DNA of 32,000 nucleotides from the NCBI GenBank assembly GCA_964401865.1, contig CAYNZZ010000002.1:1-32000 (forward strand), read 5' to 3'. A program made the translations under genes and the position numbers. The stretch comes from an uncultured Erysipelotrichaceae bacterium (GTDB lineage Bacteria; Bacillota_I; Bacilli_A; Erysipelotrichales; Erysipelotrichaceae). The notes beneath the pieces are model-generated. The model worked only from the letters and a program-made list of their open reading frames with translations. It did no database searches and had not been told where the DNA came from. Numbering within the stretch: position 1 is the stretch's first letter; the number at the start of each line of letters is the position of its first letter. Of the stretch, positions 31,651 to 32,000 are shown piece by piece.

Positions 31651-32000
31651 TGGAACAGGTTATTATTGATTGCGAAGCAAAAATGGATAAGTCAATAGAA
31701 CAACTTCATCACAATTTGAATAAGGTTCGTACCGGTCGTGCAAATCCTACACTATTAGATAGTATTGCAGTTAATTACTATGGTGCTATGACACCAGTTA
31801 ATCAAATCGCTTCTATTAGTGTTAGCGAAGGACGTACATTGGTTATTAAACCTTATGATGCAAATAGTTTAAAAGATATCGAGAAGGCTATTAATGCATC
31901 TGAATTAGGTTTACCACCACAAAATGATGGTAGTGTTATTAGAGTTAGTGTTCCACAATTGACAGAAGAAACAAGACGCAATTATTGTAAAGATGTATCT
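31650..32000 (+). CDS. frr: Ribosome recycling factor (3' end outside window)
   Basis: My translation reads MEQVIIDCEAKMDKSIEQLHHNLNKVRTGRANPTLLDSIAVNYYGAMTPVNQIASISV.. SD GGGAGGA upstream. The ATG shares 1 nt with the pyrH TAA stop. The frame is open to the window edge. Confidence 0.9.
   Translation, partial: MEQVIIDCEAKMDKSIEQLHHNLNKVRTGRANPTLLDSIAVNYYGAMTPVNQIASISVSEGRTLVIKPYDANSLKDIEKAINASELGLPPQNDGSVIRVSVPQLTEETRRNYCKDVS

Noticed and set aside
1-32000. An alternative genetic code (TGA = Trp, Mollicutes-like), suggested by the very AT-rich sequence.
   Set aside because: Long ORFs are intact under the standard code and TGA is used as a stop (for example 21681-21683 and 19426-19428). The peptidoglycan and division genes murC and ezrA are present.
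1-32000. A search for CRISPR arrays, tRNA or rRNA genes, transposases, integrases, phage genes, toxin-antitoxin pairs or a defence island.
   Set aside because: I saw no direct-repeat/spacer arrays, no tRNA-like T-arm sequence in intergenic regions, and no recombinase or nuclease-type motifs in any ORF. The window reads as conserved core genome, so no such feature is reported.

Overview
This is an AT-rich chromosomal core region, roughly one third GC by eye, from a low-GC Gram-positive (Bacillota-type) organism. The organism uses the standard genetic code (TGA is a stop) and makes peptidoglycan (murC and ezrA are present). About 35 densely packed genes are almost all housekeeping, in blocks that match what I recall of Bacillus/Staphylococcus synteny. 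In order they are: a truncated surface protein, rluB, rqcH, gmk, rpsD, ezrA-nifZ-thiI, an M24B aminopeptidase and a metallophosphoesterase. Next come a membrane-anchored DUF4015-like protein, a TIGR01212-type radical SAM protein, leuS behind a Leu (CUU) T-box, an alpha/beta hydrolase, rpiB, scpA-scpB and a VanZ-family gene. These are followed by two lipoproteins, an acidic disordered protein, murC, an HTH-TM-RCC1 protein, a GYF_2 mini-protein and a polytopic membrane protein. The window ends with cysS-mrnC-rlmB, a SigH-like sigma factor and rpsB-tsf-pyrH-frr (frr truncated). I found no rRNA, tRNA, CRISPR array, transposase, integrase or recognisable defence island, so no clearly novel system can be claimed. 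Six things deserve a second look. (1) Seven SD-less start codons sit exactly 6 nt downstream of a -10 hexamer, which suggests a leaderless-mRNA gene class. (2) A translationally coupled block at 21.06-25.65 kb is centred on murC and a membrane-tethered XRE-HTH protein carrying an extracellular 7-blade RCC1 propeller plus FN3-like and PASTA-like modules. (3) A 10-codon leader ORF has its stop codon overlapping the vanZ start. (4) A small self-contained unit in the 10.99-11.21 kb intergenic region has an SD, a 17-codon sORF and a terminator. (5) Four TTATCA/TGATAA half-sites spaced at exactly 11 bp lie upstream of the sigH-like gene. (6) Ribosomal protein S2 carries a tail of about 100 aa rich in Lys, Glu and Arg. 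All product calls rest on motif recognition in the supplied translations and on my reading of the DNA; no database search or folding program was run.
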